Source: a bacterium
GTDB taxonomy: Bacteria; RBG-13-61-14; DATKZS01
Length of the DNA stretch: 64,000 nucleotides
Assembly (NCBI GenBank): GCA_963674965.2
Contig: CAXXFL010000006.1
Location: forward strand, 800,001 to 864,000
Direction of reading: 5' to 3'
A program made the translations under genes and the position numbers. This document shows, piece after piece, positions 9,977 to 19,100 of the stretch; positions within the stretch are counted from its first letter, which is position 1; every line of letters starts with the position of its first letter. The notes beneath the pieces are model-generated. The model made no database searches. It was given only the letters and a program-made list of their open reading frames with translations, and was not told the origin of the DNA.

Positions 9977-11089
9977 ATGGACTTGCAGATACTCGCTAAA
10001 AACGTGAGACGGCTGAGGACTGCAAAGCGCTTCAGCCAAAAGGCATTGGCTGAAGCAGCGGGGCTATCCCTGCCTGCGGTCAAGAACATGGAACTTGCCA
10101 AAAACGAACCTCGGATGAGAACCATTCAAGCAATCGCCAAGGCGCTTGATGTTAATCTCAGGGAACTCTTTTTGCCGGTAAGGGATTTGCAGACCGTAAG
10201 GTTTCGCTCTACCCGGAAGGTACAGTACCGTGAAAATATCCTGGCAGAGGTGTCCAGATGGCTAGAGGATTTCAATTACCTAGAGGGAACTCTCGGCGAG
10301 AGAATTCCTTTTGAGCTAAAGAAGGTCAGGGTGCGCTGCTCCAATGAGAATATCGTCCGTTCCGCCGAGCTTTGCCGGAAGAAATTGGAACTCTGGGATG
10401 ACGAGCCATTATACGATATCTGCGGATTGCTCGAACATGCAGGTATAAAAGTGCGGTCTGTTCCCATGGCTTCTGATGGTTTTTTCGGATTATCAGTGGG
10501 AGAAAAGGACGGAGGCCCTGCCATAGCAGTAAACGTTTGGGAAAGGATTACCGTTGAGAGGCGGATCTTTAGCGCAGCCCACGAACTCGGTCATCTCATG
10601 CTGCATCCTGACGCCTATGATGTTTCTCAAACTGAGGAAAACAAAAAAGAGGAGCAAGAGGCTGATTTTTTTGCCGGACATTTCATAATGCCGGACAAGG
10701 GATTTCTCAAAGAATGGAATGATGCATCGGGATTGCACTTCGTAGACAGGGTCTTTAAAGTCAAACGAATTTTCCGTGTCAGCTATAAAACCGTTTTGGC
10801 TCGACTCATTGAACACGAAGTCGCGGACAAGTCCATCTGGATGAAATTCAATGTTGCCTATCAGAAACGATTCAATCGAAAACTCGCCTTTAAGGAAGAA
10901 CCAATGGCCATTGACTCCGCTGAGCCATATGGATTACAGCGATTCGATTTTTACGAGGACCGCTTCAGTCGTCTTGTCAGAAAGGCCCTTGAAAAGGACA
11001 AAATTTCTATCAGTCGTGGCGCGGAAATGCTTCACATTGGTATTGAGGAGATGCGGGATCTCCTCGATAATTGGGAGGCTGTTCTTTGA
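9977..11089 (+). CDS. XRE-family HTH fused to ImmA/IrrE Zn metallopeptidase (COG2856-like)
   Basis: N-terminal RRLRTAKRFSQKALAEAAGLS...EPRMRTIQAIAKAL HTH; RRIFSAAHELGH (HEXXH) and EQEADFFAGHF. Confidence 0.92.
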   Translation: MDLQILAKNVRRLRTAKRFSQKALAEAAGLSLPAVKNMELAKNEPRMRTIQAIAKALDVNLRELFLPVRDLQTVRFRSTRKVQYRENILAEVSRWLEDFNYLEGTLGERIPFELKKVRVRCSNENIVRSAELCRKKLELWDDEPLYDICGLLEHAGIKVRSVPMASDGFFGLSVGEKDGGPAIAVNVWERITVERRIFSAAHELGHLMLHPDAYDVSQTEENKKEEQEADFFAGHFIMPDKGFLKEWNDASGLHFVDRVFKVKRIFRVSYKTVLARLIEHEVADKSIWMKFNVAYQKRFNRKLAFKEEPMAIDSAEPYGLQRFDFYEDRFSRLVRKALEKDKISISRGAEMLHIGIEEMRDLLDNWEAVL

Positions 11090-11613
11090 CGAAGCGCCAA
11101 CGAAATCCCCAATTGATGATCATGGATGCTTGTGTCCTCATTGATTTCATCAATGCGGACCGAGCTATTCTTCAACTTGTTGTGAAATACGTGGGACCAC
11201 TCCATGTGGCCAGCCCTGTAGTAGACGAAGTCAACCAGATAGATGACGAAAACGAACTTGTCGAGCTTGGTCTTATTATCATTGAGCCCGAAATCGAGGA
11301 TGCCTTTGCCGCAGCCACTCAACCCGGACCGACATCGTTTCAGGACCGACTATGTCTCCTAGCGGCAAAACGGCATGGCTTCACCTGTGTGACCAACGAT
11401 AAAAACCTTCGAAAACTTTGCAAGCAAGAAGGAGTCCCTCTCCTATGGGGCCTTCAGCTTATAGTCGAGCTTCACAAAGCAGGAGGAATCCCCGGAAAAA
11501 GCGCTGAGATGATCGCTCAGACCATAAGAAAATCTAATCCCAAACATATCACGGCCGAGATAGTATCTCGCTTTACGGAGATTATCCGCCGTCAGGAGAG
11601 TCAACGGTCCTAA
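11086..11613 (+). CDS. PIN-domain protein (DUF3368/VapC-like)
   Basis: IMDACVLID, VVDEV, SFQDRLCL, VTNDKNLRK; TTG start overlapping the upstream stop with a GGAGG site. Confidence 0.85.
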   Translation: MTKRQRNPQLMIMDACVLIDFINADRAILQLVVKYVGPLHVASPVVDEVNQIDDENELVELGLIIIEPEIEDAFAAATQPGPTSFQDRLCLLAAKRHGFTCVTNDKNLRKLCKQEGVPLLWGLQLIVELHKAGGIPGKSAEMIAQTIRKSNPKHITAEIVSRFTEIIRRQESQRS

Positions 11614-11615
11614 CA

Positions 11616-14600
11616 TTAAAGAGCACTTTCTGTTGGCATCCAATCACTGACATGGGATTGAGAGCTTGTTGGCCTCATCTCTTCAATTGCTTTTATTAAA
11701 TGTTTACTTTTAACGGACATGGACTGTTTGAAAGGCCCTTCAATTATGGCCTCCTTTATGCACAGGACACCAGCGCGTCTACAGATGAAAGCGATCTGGG
11801 CTCCGGAGAGACTGGGAGTTATAGTGGCCAGTTGCGTAAAATCAATGTCCTGGGAGATCTTCATGTTTCTGGTGTGATGTTCGAAAAGAGACTTGCGACC
11901 GGACTTATTTGGTAGGTCCATGTTTACGACCCTGTCGAACCTTCCGGGACGACGAAGCGCGGGATCTATGTCGTTGGGCCGGTTGGTTGTAGCGATCACG
12001 AATACTTGCCCTCGGCTTTCAATGCCATCGAGTAGCGTTAGCAATTGGGCAACAAAGGTTCGTTGGCTGGAATCTCCATTTCTGGTTCCGGCGATTCCGT
12101 CAAGTTCGTCGAAGAGAATGATGGATGGCTGAAGCTCACGGGCTCTTTTAAAGACAGCGCGCAACCTTCTCTCGGACTCACCGAACCATTTCGACAGGAG
12201 TTCCGGCCCCGCTACTATTTCGATATGCGCTTTACTCTCGCCAGCCACGGCCCTGGCCAAAAGAGTTTTACCTGTCCCCGGCGGTCCCGCGAGAATGATT
12301 CCTCCACCAGCGCCACTCACGCCCACCTGAGCGAACAGGTCCGCATGCGTTATCGGTAGCTCGACCATGTCTCGCACGGCCTCGACCGCTTCGTCCTGCC
12401 CGCGGACGTCCAAGTAAGATACAGTAGAGATATTTCGGAGTGGCGCAGCATGTGGCTGGCCATGTTCCATCGCGCCTTTTGCATCCGCTACGCCCACACG
12501 CCTCGCATCAGAAAACCCGAAGGGCAGTGGGTGCTTAACCGGCCATAGCCATGCGGGCGATCCGTCTTCCCTGCGATAAATAATTTTCCAGCCCTCGGCC
12601 TCTGCAGTGATAACTTCGGGCAGACAATCTATGTTTTGCGCTACGGCTTTACTATCATAGTTAGGACACAGCCGGTATAGCTCGTTTCTAGAGGCAGAAG
12701 CTTGTCGCTTGAGTTTCCTCTTGTCTATTTTCAGCATTCGGCCATCGAAGTTCCCGACCGTCCACCACAACTGCCGGGATTGGTACGAGTCAAGGGATTG
12801 TTTGACGGGCTTGATAAAGAGTTGATCACATCCCAATCGACAATTGTTAGCGCACGACTCTGAAGCCTCACGGATTTTCTTGCGGCGGCAACGGTCTACC
12901 TCTTCCAGTCGATTAATAAATGCTCCAAAGTCGATTGGCTTGACCGGTTCTCTCGAGATGCAGAACTCTGCGGACTTCCACCCCCGGACCATGCGGGTGA
13001 GGTTAGAGATTCTACGGGCGAGCTCGACCAGGTTACCAGATCCGATGGTAAGAGAGTACCAAACCTCGCGGTCCTTATCGTCCGTCTCGATCATGAGCGC
13101 GCCACTATCGGACAGAGATTTGAGGCGTTTCCTGGCGATGGGGAATGACGGCGAGGCGCTACGGGCGAATGATATGGTGACGGTTTTTTCAACTGCCTTC
13201 GGCAGGGATAATGGTTTGGTAGGAGCCTCTGAATGCGTTTGGCCGACTTCCTGATGAATGATGTTGGATTGATCTATGAGGTCACGGCTAACACAATTCC
13301 AGCCTCGTTTAATGTTCTCGGCCAGCCATTGGTCAGCGATCTTGTCTATCTTCTCCAACGTGGAGGCTATACGCAGGCTGGTTTTAAGCGGCTCCTTGCG
13401 AGCAGCAGAGTAATCGGTGAAGAAGGCGACGTATGGGGGATACAAATCGTCCGCACCATGCTTGTTGGTTTTCCAGGTAACTACTTTTCGAACGGTTGTC
13501 CCGGATTTTCCTTCCTTGGTGTAGACTTCGCGGCGAAGTGCTTCAGCAGGATCAAGTTGCGGTTGTTTGGTTTCTTCAAGATGGACATGGTCCGTCACCT
13601 GTCTCATCCCTGCCTCTGCTACGCTCACGGATTTGTCATGACGCATGCGCAGGAAGACAGCGTTTATCATGCTTATGCTGTTCGTTGGCCCTATGGGGGA
13701 CCAACCATCCTCGGAGTAATCCAACAGCATCCTGCGCACAGGACGGTCCTTGCTGTCAGATTTGATGATATCGTTACATTTTACCTCGACGACGATTTTC
13801 GGGCGTATCCAGCGATAAAGGACTCCCTGGTCGGTGGCCTTTCGGAAACTCGATTGGCAGGACATCTCAGAAAAACGTTCATGAAGGTCCATCTTCTCGA
13901 CTGCACTCATGCCAATAGATACTCTGCCGATCAGCCTAAAGCGATTGTCGTTCAGCACCAGGGCAAGGAGAAGTTCATGGACTCGACCTTGAGATTCAGC
14001 GTATCCGACTACCGCAGCATCGATGGTAATCTCAGGTTTGATCTTTAAAATCCCGCCGTTTTCTAATCGGAGTACGATTCCTTCCGCTCCACCTTGGGTC
14101 ACGGTCTGCTCGAACGCATAATCGACGGCATGGGGCGAATCGGCTGTTTTGAAATCAGCGGTGTGGATTTTGTCGCCGGTGTCGAATATTTCCTGTAACC
14201 TCTCAACCCGTTGAGGAAAGGGCCATGCCTGCGCATCCTTGTCATTATCCTGGATCAGGTCAAATGCGGCAAAACGCAACCGGTCGGTTTTGGCATGCTC
14301 TCCTGTCTTCAAAGCTGACATGATGTCGTAGACATGTGACCTGCCTGATTTGCTAGTTGTATAAAGCTCTCCAGCAACAAGCATTCTTTGATCACCCAAG
14401 CTCTCGGCAACTTCCTGAGTAATCGGGATGCCGGTAATCGCCCTGCCCGACGGCGACAGCAGGTGGACCTCTCCATCCCACGCATACAGGAACCAGCACT
14501 CGCCGTCTATCTTAGGTGACAGAATATGGCTGCCGGGCGGAATGGTCTGCAAGATGTTGTCCGGTGATACGCTCCGATAGCTGGAGGCCACGTTACGTTT

Positions 14601-14702
14601 GTACGCGGCCAATCGGGCTGCAAGAACAGTGTTCTCTATGGAGCCCTGAGGAGCAATGCGCCCTTGCCCAAATGGCTTCCAGCGGGACTGATCGACTATC
14701 AT
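11616..14702 (-). CDS. ATP-dependent DNA ligase fused to a C-terminal CDC48/VCP-like AAA+ ATPase
   Basis: Ligase motifs I SPKIDGE, III VAGELY, IIIa FAAFDL, IV EGIVLR, V LKIKP, OB fold and VI RMRHDK; AAA: YLDVRG, VELP, Walker A GPPGTGKT, pore loop SKWFGESE, Walker B IILFDELD, SRH TNRPNDIDPALRRPGRFD. Confidence 0.9.
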   Translation of the reverse strand: MIVDQSRWKPFGQGRIAPQGSIENTVLAARLAAYKRNVASSYRSVSPDNILQTIPPGSHILSPKIDGECWFLYAWDGEVHLLSPSGRAITGIPITQEVAESLGDQRMLVAGELYTTSKSGRSHVYDIMSALKTGEHAKTDRLRFAAFDLIQDNDKDAQAWPFPQRVERLQEIFDTGDKIHTADFKTADSPHAVDYAFEQTVTQGGAEGIVLRLENGGILKIKPEITIDAAVVGYAESQGRVHELLLALVLNDNRFRLIGRVSIGMSAVEKMDLHERFSEMSCQSSFRKATDQGVLYRWIRPKIVVEVKCNDIIKSDSKDRPVRRMLLDYSEDGWSPIGPTNSISMINAVFLRMRHDKSVSVAEAGMRQVTDHVHLEETKQPQLDPAEALRREVYTKEGKSGTTVRKVVTWKTNKHGADDLYPPYVAFFTDYSAARKEPLKTSLRIASTLEKIDKIADQWLAENIKRGWNCVSRDLIDQSNIIHQEVGQTHSEAPTKPLSLPKAVEKTVTISFARSASPSFPIARKRLKSLSDSGALMIETDDKDREVWYSLTIGSGNLVELARRISNLTRMVRGWKSAEFCISREPVKPIDFGAFINRLEEVDRCRRKKIREASESCANNCRLGCDQLFIKPVKQSLDSYQSRQLWWTVGNFDGRMLKIDKRKLKRQASASRNELYRLCPNYDSKAVAQNIDCLPEVITAEAEGWKIIYRREDGSPAWLWPVKHPLPFGFSDARRVGVADAKGAMEHGQPHAAPLRNISTVSYLDVRGQDEAVEAVRDMVELPITHADLFAQVGVSGAGGGIILAGPPGTGKTLLARAVAGESKAHIEIVAGPELLSKWFGESERRLRAVFKRARELQPSIILFDELDGIAGTRNGDSSQRTFVAQLLTLLDGIESRGQVFVIATTNRPNDIDPALRRPGRFDRVVNMDLPNKSGRKSLFEHHTRNMKISQDIDFTQLATITPSLSGAQIAFICRRAGVLCIKEAIIEGPFKQSMSVKSKHLIKAIEEMRPTSSQSHVSDWMPTESAL

Positions 14703-15424
14703 AAAGCGATCTCCAGCGGGCGACGCAACTCAAAAGCTGCGAGATGCAAAACCAGCAGGTAGCTGTCGCTCTCTGTCCTGCCCTCGAGCAATCCCAGCAT
14801 GGGAGCGCCGTTTCGCTCAAGGATCAGAGGGCCCAGGCTGTCAGGTCCGGAGCCGATAATAGCCAGGCTATCTCGCTCTTCAAGGTAACCGGCAAGCGAA
14901 AATAAGAAGTCGAAGGTAAGGGCGTCAACGTGCCTGACCATGTACTTCCGCGTGAATGCAAAACGCCGGGCCGTAACATTACGAGGTAATAGCTTCCCGG
15001 ACCAGGGCCGAGGGTCGAGGAGGTTCGAGTGATAGGGCTTCGGTTCCCGTCGTTCACATTCCGAGCCATCAGGACCATAAACGACCTCCATGATTTTTGC
15101 CGCGTACAATGGCTCGCCTTGGCCATTCACGAATACCCTCCTGCACTGACCAGTCTCCTTGCCCACCGCCTCCATGTCTATTTCCGGGTCGCCCTCGATC
15201 AATGCATTGGCAAGAGCCTGTCCATCACCGAAACGATCAATCAAGGCTTCATGGTTGTTGGTCGTGCTGCTCTTCACAAGGCGGACATGGCGAATGGTCG
15301 ATCCGCTCATACTCTTGTACGTGATGTTTTTACCAAGACGACATGCTTCCAGCGCCACTACCGCATCCCTGCCCAGATGGTCTGTGATCCTGATCTTGCG
15401 CACGCTCACGAAAAACCTCTCCAC
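14699..15424 (-). CDS. Putative divergent Ku-like DNA-end-binding protein (B)
   Basis: LLPRNVTARRFAFTRKYMV...FDFLFSLAGYLEERDSLAIIG...LLEGRTESDSYLLVLHL parallels the Ku core order (FVP..I.PIYF.KSYYL...Y.LL..AL...VAIG...LRP..GLVLHTL); ATGA overlap with the ligase. The CDS is secure; the family call is tentative. Confidence 0.55.
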   Translation of the reverse strand: MERFFVSVRKIRITDHLGRDAVVALEACRLGKNITYKSMSGSTIRHVRLVKSSTTNNHEALIDRFGDGQALANALIEGDPEIDMEAVGKETGQCRRVFVNGQGEPLYAAKIMEVVYGPDGSECERREPKPYHSNLLDPRPWSGKLLPRNVTARRFAFTRKYMVRHVDALTFDFLFSLAGYLEERDSLAIIGSGPDSLGPLILERNGAPMLGLLEGRTESDSYLLVLHLAAFELRRPLEIAL

Positions 15425-16089
15425 GTTCTAAATCCCATATCAAAGAAATCCTGAGCGTCATCGTTTTCGTCATTATCGGCGAAGTTGATCATCTGCCCAC
15501 GCCGAGCATACTCGAATCGACATCGCTCACCTACGATCAGGAAAAATCCCTCAACTCCCTTGAGCAGGAATGCGGGATTGTCATAGTATGTTTTGCGCGG
15601 CCTGAACGATGTCCGATAAATTTCGCCAGCTTCGAGTGAGTCCTGCAATCCCGAGTCCAGCGTTTTCGCTTCCAGTAGATAAACCGCCGTGACGACATGC
15701 TCCAAAATCTCACTGTCCGGAACCGGGCCTGATATTTTCTGTGGCGCCCCGGGGGTGGCTGGAAATTCAGCTAATGAGTTTCCCACTTCATCACAAGCAA
15801 TGATTTCCTTCCGCTCGACATGGTCCCCTTCCTCATCCAGGTACATTTCCGCTGTACAGCCGTTGGGCATAAGGTGGAGGCCGTCATCGGTGAGCAATAC
15901 GGTGGAGCACTCTCTATCTTCATGGTCCAGAGCTATCCTCCGTTTATAGCCATGGAAACTTATTGGGTCGATTTTACGCACGATGAATTGCGAAAGCCTG
16001 CCATGAAAGAGGAGATCCAGAGTAGTGGGCTTTCCCGATCCCTTTTTCAAGCCATTACATTCCGAGATTTTTCTATTCATATGGCTCAT
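15406..16089 (-). CDS. Putative divergent Ku-like DNA-end-binding protein (A)
   Basis: YLDEEGDHVERKEII parallels Ku ring arm (GEEV..EDIVKG); QKISGPVPDSEILEHVVTAVYLL parallels I.EFVP..EI...YF...YYL; ends in a beta hairpin AFLLKGVEGFFLIVG and an acidic tail. The CDS is secure; the family call is tentative. Confidence 0.55.
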   Translation of the reverse strand: MSHMNRKISECNGLKKGSGKPTTLDLLFHGRLSQFIVRKIDPISFHGYKRRIALDHEDRECSTVLLTDDGLHLMPNGCTAEMYLDEEGDHVERKEIIACDEVGNSLAEFPATPGAPQKISGPVPDSEILEHVVTAVYLLEAKTLDSGLQDSLEAGEIYRTSFRPRKTYYDNPAFLLKGVEGFFLIVGERCRFEYARRGQMINFADNDENDDAQDFFDMGFRTWRGFS

Positions 16090-16158
16090 CAGCGGTCACC
16101 TTTTATTCGACCATGCCCATTGCCATGTACCTGAAGGAGAAAATTCGCATGTAAGCCA

Positions 16159-16578
16159 TCAAGTCCCGCATGAAGACTTCAGCAATTCCCACTGTCTCAG
16201 CTGTTGGGTCCAGTCCTCGGCCTGGATAATGTCACGCAACCTTCGTTCGCTAATGGCATCTTTTTTTCTGGTCGATTCCATGAATAAAATCTCCTCCTGG
16301 ATTTGCGGGGCCAATAGGAGCAGGTTCAGTATCTGGGTAAGACGGGCCCGTGTGAGACCGTGCCGCCGAGCCAGGCCAGCCCGGTTGCCGCATCCGCCAT
16401 GGTCAAGCTCCTTTTGCAGATGATGAGCCTGCGCCAGCAATACCGCAAGGGGAATCGGCTTCAAAGTGGGGGGTTCAGGTTTAACTGGAGGCTCGGCAGA
16501 CAATATAGTCTCCCGTCCCCGGCGGGCGCGAAAAATATAAGCGGTCATCGTTTTAATGGGTTGTTCGGATTCGATCAT
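16159..16578 (-). CDS. Accessory HTH protein of DUF2924/serine-recombinase modules
   Basis: LAQAH...G...AGLARRHGLTRARLTQILNLLLLAPQIQEEIL, typical of the gene that follows these recombinases. Confidence 0.75.
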   Translation of the reverse strand: MIESEQPIKTMTAYIFRARRGRETILSAEPPVKPEPPTLKPIPLAVLLAQAHHLQKELDHGGCGNRAGLARRHGLTRARLTQILNLLLLAPQIQEEILFMESTRKKDAISERRLRDIIQAEDWTQQLRQWELLKSSCGT

Positions 16579-16602
16579 GGTATCCTCCAGCGCGTCTTTT
16601 TG

Positions 16603-18114
16603 TTAACATAAGGATGGCCCTGCGACCGAGTAATCGACAATTTTCATTTCCACCTTGCCACAAGGCTCGTCGATGATGATTTCACTTACAATTGCGCGCA
16701 GTAGTCGGCGCTTATTTTCAGATGTCAAGGCATCCCACACCGAGTCAAAGCGTCTCATAACACCAATCATCCACTCGACCTCTTCATTTTGCTTGTTCAG
16801 AGCAGCGATGTCCCGTTCCACTTGGCAAAGATTGTGGTCCATCTTCCCCAGTTCATCGTACAAGCAGCCGAGCTTGGCATCGAGATTTTTCCAATCATCC
16901 CCCTTTGCCTGCTCCATATTTTTAGCGATCTCGTGCCCTTTTGCCGCAAGTTCGCCGATCATCTTTGGCAGTCGTTGACGTTCCATGTTCCTTTCCTGAA
17001 GCCTGGCCGCATAATTCCGTCTAACGGATGACAATAAATCGTCAGGATTGTCGATCTCGGACGCGGCGTCCTTTACCCGATCAACCACATATTTCTCGAG
17101 TGATTCCGCGGGCAGTGGCCGTGCGGGGCAGGCGTCCCGGCCCTGTTTATCGCGGGTAAGGCAACGGTAATAGCGCCGCTTGTTTTTTCCTCGTTTGGCT
17201 GAGGCTGGAGTATAAGCGGCCCCGCAGGCAGCGCAACGCGTCAGTCCCTGCAGAAGATATTCATCTGTAGAAACCTGGCGGGTTCGGGTATTGTCACGAA
17301 TAAGTTTCTGAACGGTATGGAACTTTTCTCTGTCCACTATTAGGGCATGCTCGCCTTCATAGAGGTTGTTTCCGTAAGATATGTAGCCCGCATAAAGCGG
17401 ATTTTTCAGCATGCGCAGAACCGTGTGCTTGTTCCATTTGCGGTTACTGTCTATCTTTTCCAAATTGTCAGAGAGGCTTTGGAAAACCGCAAGCGGGGAT
17501 CGGCAATCGATATAGAGATCGAACACCCGCCGTACTACATCCGCCTCCGGTTCATTGACAATCAATTTTTTGTCCACAATCCTGAAGCCGAAGGGAACCT
17601 GCCCGCCGGTCCATTTCCCTTTTTTCCTGGCCGCTCCTATCTTGTCCCGAGTTCGCTCCGAGATAATCTCACGCTCGAATTCGGCGAAGCTCATCAGCAT
17701 GTTGAGGGTCAACCGGCCCATAGCGTCGGCGGTGGAGAAGTTCTGGGTCACGCTCACAAATGCAACATGGCGGCGGTTCAATTGATCTATAATTTTTGCG
17801 AAGTCCAAAAGCGACCTGGAGAGACGGTCAACCTTGTAAGTTACTATCACGTCGATTCCCCCGGCTTCCACGTCACCCATCAGCCGCTGAAACGAGGGAC
17901 GGTCAAGATTTGATCCGGTAAAGCCGCCGTCATCGTAGGTCGGAGAGATCGCTCGCCAGCCCAGTTGCGCCCGGTCGCGAATGTAATCCAAGCAAGCATC
18001 TTTCTGAGCGTCCAGTGAATTGAATTCCTGCTCCAGGCCCGCGGACGTCGATTTGCGGGTATAGATCGCGCAGCGGACGTCAGTTCCCTGGGAACGTTTG
18101 CTTACATTGTTCAT
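16603..18114 (-). CDS. Large serine recombinase (resolvase + recombinase + Zn-ribbon + coiled coil)
   Basis: RCAIYTRKST, YDDGGFTG...RP, KVDRLSRS, FAEFEREIISERT, NPLYAG, LLQGLTRCAACG, YYRC; likely start at the ATGA overlap at 18114. Confidence 0.95.
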   Translation of the reverse strand: MNNVSKRSQGTDVRCAIYTRKSTSAGLEQEFNSLDAQKDACLDYIRDRAQLGWRAISPTYDDGGFTGSNLDRPSFQRLMGDVEAGGIDVIVTYKVDRLSRSLLDFAKIIDQLNRRHVAFVSVTQNFSTADAMGRLTLNMLMSFAEFEREIISERTRDKIGAARKKGKWTGGQVPFGFRIVDKKLIVNEPEADVVRRVFDLYIDCRSPLAVFQSLSDNLEKIDSNRKWNKHTVLRMLKNPLYAGYISYGNNLYEGEHALIVDREKFHTVQKLIRDNTRTRQVSTDEYLLQGLTRCAACGAAYTPASAKRGKNKRRYYRCLTRDKQGRDACPARPLPAESLEKYVVDRVKDAASEIDNPDDLLSSVRRNYAARLQERNMERQRLPKMIGELAAKGHEIAKNMEQAKGDDWKNLDAKLGCLYDELGKMDHNLCQVERDIAALNKQNEEVEWMIGVMRRFDSVWDALTSENKRRLLRAIVSEIIIDEPCGKVEMKIVDYSVAGPSLC

Positions 18115-18635
18115 TGTTGACTTTCCTTTTTCCGGCGGTTTGCGCAGTGGAAAAACAGAAAGCCATTCCACTGGATGCCGGTGATCTCCCGCGCCACCTT
18201 TGAAAGGGTTCGATAATGCTTCCCCTTATACCCGAAACCGTCATCCAAGACTTGCACTTCGTAAACCTTGTCTTTATAGATTCGACGAAGGATACTGCCC
18301 GGTGGAGGTAAGCGAGCATCGCGTGGCCGGAATGTTTTTCCTGGTGAGCTCTTTGACCTCTTCTGTACGACCGGAAACGGCTCAGTCGCCAGTTCTTCAA
18401 TTCTTAGCTTGGCTTTTTCCGAAAGGCCCCGGATGGAAAGCTCCTGTATCCGGAAAGCCAGTCGCTTGCGAAGATAGGTTTTGTGGCTGCTGCGGGCCGG
18501 AAAACCGAATAGTTCGCTGAACCGCTCCTGTAGCTCACGGACGCTCATGTCGTTGAGCCTGGCCAAATCCGCCGCCAAGCTGAGTATCTGACGGTCAGGG
18601 GTGATTGTTTTATGGTCGCCTTTAATTTTTTGCAT
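18111..18635 (-). CDS. DUF2924 domain protein
   Basis: LRKRLAFRIQE, PGSILRRIYK, GFGYKGKHYRTLSKVAREITGIQWNGFLFF. Confidence 0.9.
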   Translation of the reverse strand: MQKIKGDHKTITPDRQILSLAADLARLNDMSVRELQERFSELFGFPARSSHKTYLRKRLAFRIQELSIRGLSEKAKLRIEELATEPFPVVQKRSKSSPGKTFRPRDARLPPPGSILRRIYKDKVYEVQVLDDGFGYKGKHYRTLSKVAREITGIQWNGFLFFHCANRRKKESQQ

Positions 18636-18671
18636 CCGTTTTCTCCTTTGGCATGTTAACCGCTGGACACA

Positions 18672-18701
18672 ATGAACGCTCTTAACTCCAGTTAAGTCAA
18701 G
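18672..18701 (-). promoter_or_regulatory. Putative promoter/operator of the DUF2924 module
   Basis: Minus strand CTTGACTTAACTGGAGTTAAGAGCGTTCAT: TTGACT-like -35 with a perfect 7-bp inverted repeat CTTAACT-N2-AGTTAAG (18681-18696). Confidence 0.45.
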
Positions 18702-19100
18702 TTAATTCTCAAGCTGCGGGAAGTTTTTGAGGTGTGCTGTGTGGTAGTAGAGCAAGGGGACTCTGCCGACCCGTTTCTGCTTTGATAACAGGGTAGCTGG
18801 TTCGGCCAGGACAACCATCCTAAATCAGGATTCAAAAGTTCCATTTATATCCTCATCGGAGCCTCGGGTTCGGGAAAAAAGCCAAATCAATCGTCAGTAA
18901 AATGAGGCTCCTGAAGAATATATACCGGAAAAAAAGTGAAAGTGTCGGAAAAAGTTAAAAAATTTAGAAAATCTCTAGATCTTTGATCAACTATCATGCG
19001 AAGGTTTTTCTTTTCGGTGGGGCATGATCTGTTCTCATTATGGCAGGTTTGCGCATCGATTCATGTTACAAACACACGCGGGTCATTAAGTTATGCGCAA

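Noticed and set aside
11616-14702. Calling the ligase LigD, or the ATPase FtsH/Cdc48 proper
   Set aside because: No primase-polymerase or phosphoesterase domain, no protease domain, only one AAA module; gene symbol withheld.
7321-15611. Diversity-generating retroelement (TR/VR pair) suggested by the diverged 248-bp repeat
   Set aside because: Mismatches are not restricted to adenines on either strand, and there is no reverse transcriptase in the window.
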